Part shown: piece after piece, positions 16,310-20,325 of the stretch
Position numbering within the stretch: position 1 is the stretch's first letter
Layout of the letters: every line of letters begins with the position of its first letter
DNA from: Chthonomonadales bacterium
Lineage (GTDB): Bacteria > Armatimonadota > Chthonomonadetes > Chthonomonadales > CAJBBX01
Length of the DNA: 20,325 bases
Assembly (NCBI GenBank): GCA_037443035.1
Contig: JBBIPC010000035.1
Coordinates: forward strand, 1-20,325
Direction: 5' to 3'
Position numbers and translations under genes: made by a program
Notes under the pieces: generated by a model
Told to the model about the DNA's origin: nothing
What the model saw: only the letters and a program-made list of their open reading frames with translations
Databases searched by the model: none

Positions 16310-17842
16310 ATGGGAAGATCATTGCCAATTGCGGACATCCTCGTCCTTGTTGCCTACCTCGGCGGCATCGTAGGGGTCGGCCTCCTTTTCGCACGCCGGA
16401 ATCGCACGGCCGATCAGTATACGACAGCGGAGCGTAGTTTCCCCGGCTGGGCCGTCGGCATGTCCATGTTCGGCTCGTACATCAGCAGCATCAGCTTCCT
16501 GGCGAACCCGGGCAAGGCATTCCATGACAACTGGTGCGCGGCAGGGTTCACCGTTGCCACGCCGCTGGGGCTCCTGATTGCCACGCGATGGTTCTGTGAC
16601 TTCTATCGCAAGAGCGGGGTTGTCTCGGCATATGACCACCTGGAGCATCGATTCGGTGCCTGGGCCAGAACGTACGCGGTCGTATGCTATCTGCTGCTAC
16701 AGATGGGCCGCATGGGCATGATCACCTTCCTCTTAGCCAAGGCTGTAGTGCCGCTGCTCAGTGGCGGCGAGCCTCCGTCGTGGCTGATGCCGGCCATCAT
16801 CATCATTACCGGCGCCCTCATGACGACCTACACGCTTGCCGGTGGCATTCAGGCCGTGGTCTGGACAGGTGTCGTGCAGAGCATGGTACTCATCGCCGGT
16901 CCGATCATCTGCATCGTCGTGCTGGTTGCCACTATGCCGGGAGGCCTACCGAACGTGATCAAGGTCGCCGCCCAGCATGGCAAGTTCAGCTTCGGTCCCT
17001 ATGACGCGTCACTGGTTCACCAGACGTTCTGGCTCGTTGTCATTAACGCGCTGATCGAACACATGCGGAACTGGGGGGTTGACCAGAGCTACATCCAGCG
17101 GTACATCAGCGCCAAGAGCGACTCCGAGGCCCGCAAGAGCATCTGGATCGCCGGTCTGCTCTACATGCCCGTCGGGTTCTTCTTCTTCTTCATCGGCTCA
17201 GCGCTTTTCGCCTATTACCAGGTTCAGCCACACCTGCTGCCCTCCAGCCTTGACACGATGAAGGACCCCGATGCCGTTTTCCCCTACTTCATCACCCACC
17301 AGTTGCCGGTGGGCTTGAGCGGGCTGGTCATCGCTGCCATTTTCGCGGCATCCATGGACACGAACCTCAACAGCATGGCGACCCTCACCCTCTGCGACAT
17401 CTACAAGCGCTACATCCGTCCGCAGGCTGGTGACCGCGAGTCGCTGCGCGTGCTTCATCTGGCGACCCTGTTCTGGGGTCTGGCATGCATCGGTTTCGCG
17501 CTGATCATGACGCTGAAGATCGGACCAACGATCGACTTCGGCTGGAAAGTCGGAGGGCTTCTGGGTGGGGGCATGCTGGGCCTCTTCCTCCTCGGGCTCA
17601 TGACCCGCGCAAGCAGCAGGGCCGCCGCCATTGGCGTTGTCCTTGGCGTAGCTCTGATCCTCTGGATGACCCTGTCGAAAATGCCAGTGTGGCCGGCAGC
17701 GTGGGGGCGTTTCGTCAGTCCGTTCCACGACCTGACCATCCCGGTCGTCGGCACGATTGCCGTCGTCCTCGTGGGAGCCGCTCTTGGCCTCCGTGATCGC
17801 GTGCCTTCGGCAGCAGTCAGCCACCAGCCTAGCAGCCAGTGA
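16310..17842 (+). CDS. Sodium:solute symporter (SSS/SLC5 family), probably for a sugar or sugar acid
   Basis: Many hydrophobic transmembrane segments. Motifs are 'WAVGMSMFGSYISSISFLANPG', 'SAYDHLEHRFG', 'YTLAGGIQAVVWT', 'DQSYIQRY' and 'GLVIAAIFAASM..NLNSMAT'. The start is uncertain (16232, 16280 or 16310); 16310 best fits the position of the first transmembrane segment. Confidence 0.92.
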   Translation: MGRSLPIADILVLVAYLGGIVGVGLLFARRNRTADQYTTAERSFPGWAVGMSMFGSYISSISFLANPGKAFHDNWCAAGFTVATPLGLLIATRWFCDFYRKSGVVSAYDHLEHRFGAWARTYAVVCYLLLQMGRMGMITFLLAKAVVPLLSGGEPPSWLMPAIIIITGALMTTYTLAGGIQAVVWTGVVQSMVLIAGPIICIVVLVATMPGGLPNVIKVAAQHGKFSFGPYDASLVHQTFWLVVINALIEHMRNWGVDQSYIQRYISAKSDSEARKSIWIAGLLYMPVGFFFFFIGSALFAYYQVQPHLLPSSLDTMKDPDAVFPYFITHQLPVGLSGLVIAAIFAASMDTNLNSMATLTLCDIYKRYIRPQAGDRESLRVLHLATLFWGLACIGFALIMTLKIGPTIDFGWKVGGLLGGGMLGLFLLGLMTRASSRAAAIGVVLGVALILWMTLSKMPVWPAAWGRFVSPFHDLTIPVVGTIAVVLVGAALGLRDRVPSAAVSHQPSSQ

Positions 17843-17918
17843 CATACACAGGTCGGCTCGACGTAGTCGGACGGACGCTGCACTGCCGGGCATTCTGGAG
17901 CAGGGTGGAGAAACAGGC

Positions 17919-20243
17919 ATGATCGCATATAGCTATCCCGCAGATCTAAGATATAGCCGTCCACCCTTCGTCGTCGCGCGGTGGATCGCACCGGCGGCTG
18001 GGGTCGTGCCGCCGTACGGTACGCCGCAATTTCGCAAGGAGTTCGAAGTCCCCGAAGGAAGGAAGCGGGTGACGCTTCGGATCGTGGGGCTTGGGGATTA
18101 CGACGTGAGCCTCAATGGCCGTCGGGTGACGCCCACTGGGATCAATCAGCCGTGGTCGCAGTACGAGAAGACGATCTACTGGGCGGAGTACGACGTGACC
18201 CGCCTGGCGCGACCGGGTAGGAACGGTGTGGGAGTCCTCTTGGGAGCCTCGTTCTGGCACAATCCCAACCCGCCGTCGGGGCGCTACAACAAAGACGGGC
18301 CGCAGCGGACGGTGGCGGAGCCGTTCCTCCTAAGAGCCGAACTGGAGATCGTCGATGGAGACGGTCGGAAGACCTATGTCGGCACCGACGAGACGTGGAA
18401 GGTGCGGGCGAGCCCGATCGTGTTCTCGCATGTATATGCCGGTGAGGACTACGACGCGCGGCAGGAGGCGGTCGGTTGGGACCGAGGGGGCTTCGATGAC
18501 GGGGCGTGGGCGGCTTGCCGAGTCGTGGAGGGGCCGAACGCTACGCTGGTGCGGCGCGGTTGGCCGGGCTTCGGCGCTTTCGAGCGGTTCAGGCCAACCG
18601 AGATCCGCACGGGCCCGGAGGGCGTGTTGCTTTGCGCGTTTCCACAGAACATGTCGGCGCAGCTTCGGGTGAAGCTTCGGGGAGGCAAGCCGGGGGACGT
18701 GATTCGGTTTCGGTGCGGTGAACACCGCAACGGTGAGGGGCGGCTGTTCGGAGGCTATGTCGTTGATGCCGCGATCACGACGAACGGGAAAGTGCTGACG
18801 CGGCAGTGGTCCTTCTTCTACGTTGGCATGCAGTTCGCAGAGGTGACGGGGGCGGTGCTGCCTGGGGCGCCCAACCCGAATCGGCTGCCGGAGCTTGTGG
18901 AGATCGAAACGGTCCATGTGCGTTGCGGGCTCGAAGAGACAGGGCGCTTTCGGTCGTCGAGCACTCTGTACAACGGGATCCATGGGTTGGTGGATTGGGC
19001 CATGCGGTCGAACATGGCTTGGGTGATGACGGATTGTCCGCATCGGGAGAAGCTGGGCTGGCTGGAGTGCGCGTATCTCCTGGCTCCGACGTTTCTATAC
19101 CGATATGACGGACGGGAGTGGTTCGCGAAGATCGCCCGGGACATTCGGGATGCGCAGGAGCCGTCAGGCATGGTTCGGACGGTGGCGCCCTCCTACCCCG
19201 CTGGGCGGTTCCCCGGTGCGTTCGATTGGACGGTGGAATGGGGGGCGGCTGCGGTGATGGTGCCGTGGCTGCATTACGAATGGTACGGCGATGCGCAAGT
19301 GCTGCGGGAGGCGCTGGACAGCATGCGGCGGTTCACGGACTATGTGGGATCGCTGGCGGTGGACGGGATCGCGCCGGAGGGTCTGGGCGATTGGTACGAC
19401 TACGGTCACGGTCAGCCGCCCGGCCCGTCGCGGTTCACGCCCACCAATCTCACTTCCACGGCGACGTGGGCGATGTGCGCCAAGACCGTCGCGCGGGCGG
19501 CGGAGGTGCTCGGGGAAGCGGAGCTAGCCCGCCGCTATCACGGACTGCACGCCGAGATCGCCGCGGCATTCCGAAGGCGCTTTCAAGACCCGACGACGCG
19601 GCTGTTGCGGCATTCGGGCAGCCCGCAATGTGCCAACGCTATGGCGATTTGCGCAGAGGTCGTAGAGGCGAAGGATCACGGCGTGCTCATCGAGGACATG
19701 GTGGCAGACCTGGAGAAGCGGGGCTGGCAACAGACGCCGGGCGATGTGGGACATGTGTACTTCATCCGCGCGTTGGCGCAGGCGGGGCGGTCGGACGTGC
19801 TCCATCGGGTGTATTCGAGAACGGGTCTGGGCAGTTACGGAGGGATTCTGGCGAAGGGGCTGACGTCCATGCCGGAGACGTGGGACGCCATGCGCGATGG
19901 GTATCAGTCGCTCAATCACTGCATGCTGGGACATGTGATGGAGTGGTTCTACGGCTACGTGGGCGGGGTTCGTCAAGCGCCCGGCAGTGTGGGCTGGAAG
20001 GAGATCGTGATCGGCCCGTGTCCTGGGGCGTTGCGTAGTGCGGAGGTTGCGTTGCAGACGCCTCGGGGCCTGGTCCGTTCGTCATGGCGCATCCAGGGGG
20101 GTATCTTCGTGCTGGAGGCACAGGTTCCGCGTGGAGTCCAGGCGACAGCGGTACTTCCCTCGGGGCGACGCGAGGTGTTGCGGGCGGGAAAGAGCACCCT
20201 TCAGGAAGCTTGGCAGACGGAGCCCCAGCGACCTTCCCGGTAG
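17919..20243 (+). CDS. Glycoside hydrolase family 78 (alpha-L-rhamnosidase-like)
   Basis: Motifs seen: 'FRKEF', 'GLGDYDVSLNG', 'YAGEDYDAR', 'F.QN', the catalytic-region 'TDCPHREKLGWL', 'GLGDW' and 'TSMPETWD....SLNHCMLG...EWFY'. ATG 17919 follows GGAG. Confidence 0.93.
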   Translation: MIAYSYPADLRYSRPPFVVARWIAPAAGVVPPYGTPQFRKEFEVPEGRKRVTLRIVGLGDYDVSLNGRRVTPTGINQPWSQYEKTIYWAEYDVTRLARPGRNGVGVLLGASFWHNPNPPSGRYNKDGPQRTVAEPFLLRAELEIVDGDGRKTYVGTDETWKVRASPIVFSHVYAGEDYDARQEAVGWDRGGFDDGAWAACRVVEGPNATLVRRGWPGFGAFERFRPTEIRTGPEGVLLCAFPQNMSAQLRVKLRGGKPGDVIRFRCGEHRNGEGRLFGGYVVDAAITTNGKVLTRQWSFFYVGMQFAEVTGAVLPGAPNPNRLPELVEIETVHVRCGLEETGRFRSSSTLYNGIHGLVDWAMRSNMAWVMTDCPHREKLGWLECAYLLAPTFLYRYDGREWFAKIARDIRDAQEPSGMVRTVAPSYPAGRFPGAFDWTVEWGAAAVMVPWLHYEWYGDAQVLREALDSMRRFTDYVGSLAVDGIAPEGLGDWYDYGHGQPPGPSRFTPTNLTSTATWAMCAKTVARAAEVLGEAELARRYHGLHAEIAAAFRRRFQDPTTRLLRHSGSPQCANAMAICAEVVEAKDHGVLIEDMVADLEKRGWQQTPGDVGHVYFIRALAQAGRSDVLHRVYSRTGLGSYGGILAKGLTSMPETWDAMRDGYQSLNHCMLGHVMEWFYGYVGGVRQAPGSVGWKEIVIGPCPGALRSAEVALQTPRGLVRSSWRIQGGIFVLEAQVPRGVQATAVLPSGRREVLRAGKSTLQEAWQTEPQRPSR

Positions 20244-20270
20244 TGAGCGCATTCGCAGCGGATCGCTGCT

Positions 20271-20325
20271 GCTTCTCGCGGCGCCATGAGCGGTGGTTGA
20301 GTAGTCCCGATGGCTATCGGGACGT
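20271..20325 (+). repeat. Right copy of the 45-bp inverted repeat plus terminal hairpin GTCCCGAT-ggct-ATCGGGAC (REP-like element), probably truncated by the window edge
   Basis: 20271-20315 is the reverse complement of 1-45. A perfect 8-bp stem pairs 20304-20311 with 20316-20323. A second small hairpin, gcagcg-gat-cgctgc, sits at 20255-20269. The copy starts 28 bp after the GH78 stop. Confidence 0.95.

Noticed and set aside
1..20325. Reading the whole window as a linear plasmid or phage because of the TIR-like ends and ParB
   Set aside because: No replication, terminal protein, telomere resolvase, capsid or transposase gene is present, and the content looks chromosomal. It is kept only as the weaker alternative in the first finding.

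Overview
This is a GC-rich bacterial chromosomal segment, most likely Armatimonadota, based on a prepilin-like 'AAILFPVFSQARERAR..C.SN.KQ.G...MY.QDYDE' / H-X9-DG protein and an SBBP plus Ig-repeat surface protein. It holds 12 credible CDSs: two URO-D/MtaA-like proteins, an orphan ParB-family CTPase, a zinc-ribbon/DUF4190/DUF1559-type protein, an SBBP/Ig-like secreted protein, a PHP metallohydrolase, a full-length Lhr helicase, a DUF1080 protein, a TIGR00300 (ArgZ/OCD-like) protein, a small Cys-rich DUF6951-like protein, a sodium:solute symporter and a GH78 alpha-L-rhamnosidase. I saw no rRNA, tRNA, CRISPR array, transposase or integrase. The clearest non-coding signal is an exact 45-bp inverted repeat at the two ends of the window (1-45 and 20271-20315), which runs into a small hairpin. 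It is most likely a dispersed REP-like element that broke the assembly; a 20-kb element with terminal inverted repeats (TIRs) is less likely. Other points of interest are a densely structured 244-bp intergenic region (3094-3337), a 241-bp antisense overlap that one substitution would explain, a codon-usage shift in the GH78 gene, and a 30-nt internal duplication in the DUF1080 gene. All family assignments come from motif recognition by eye, not from database searches.
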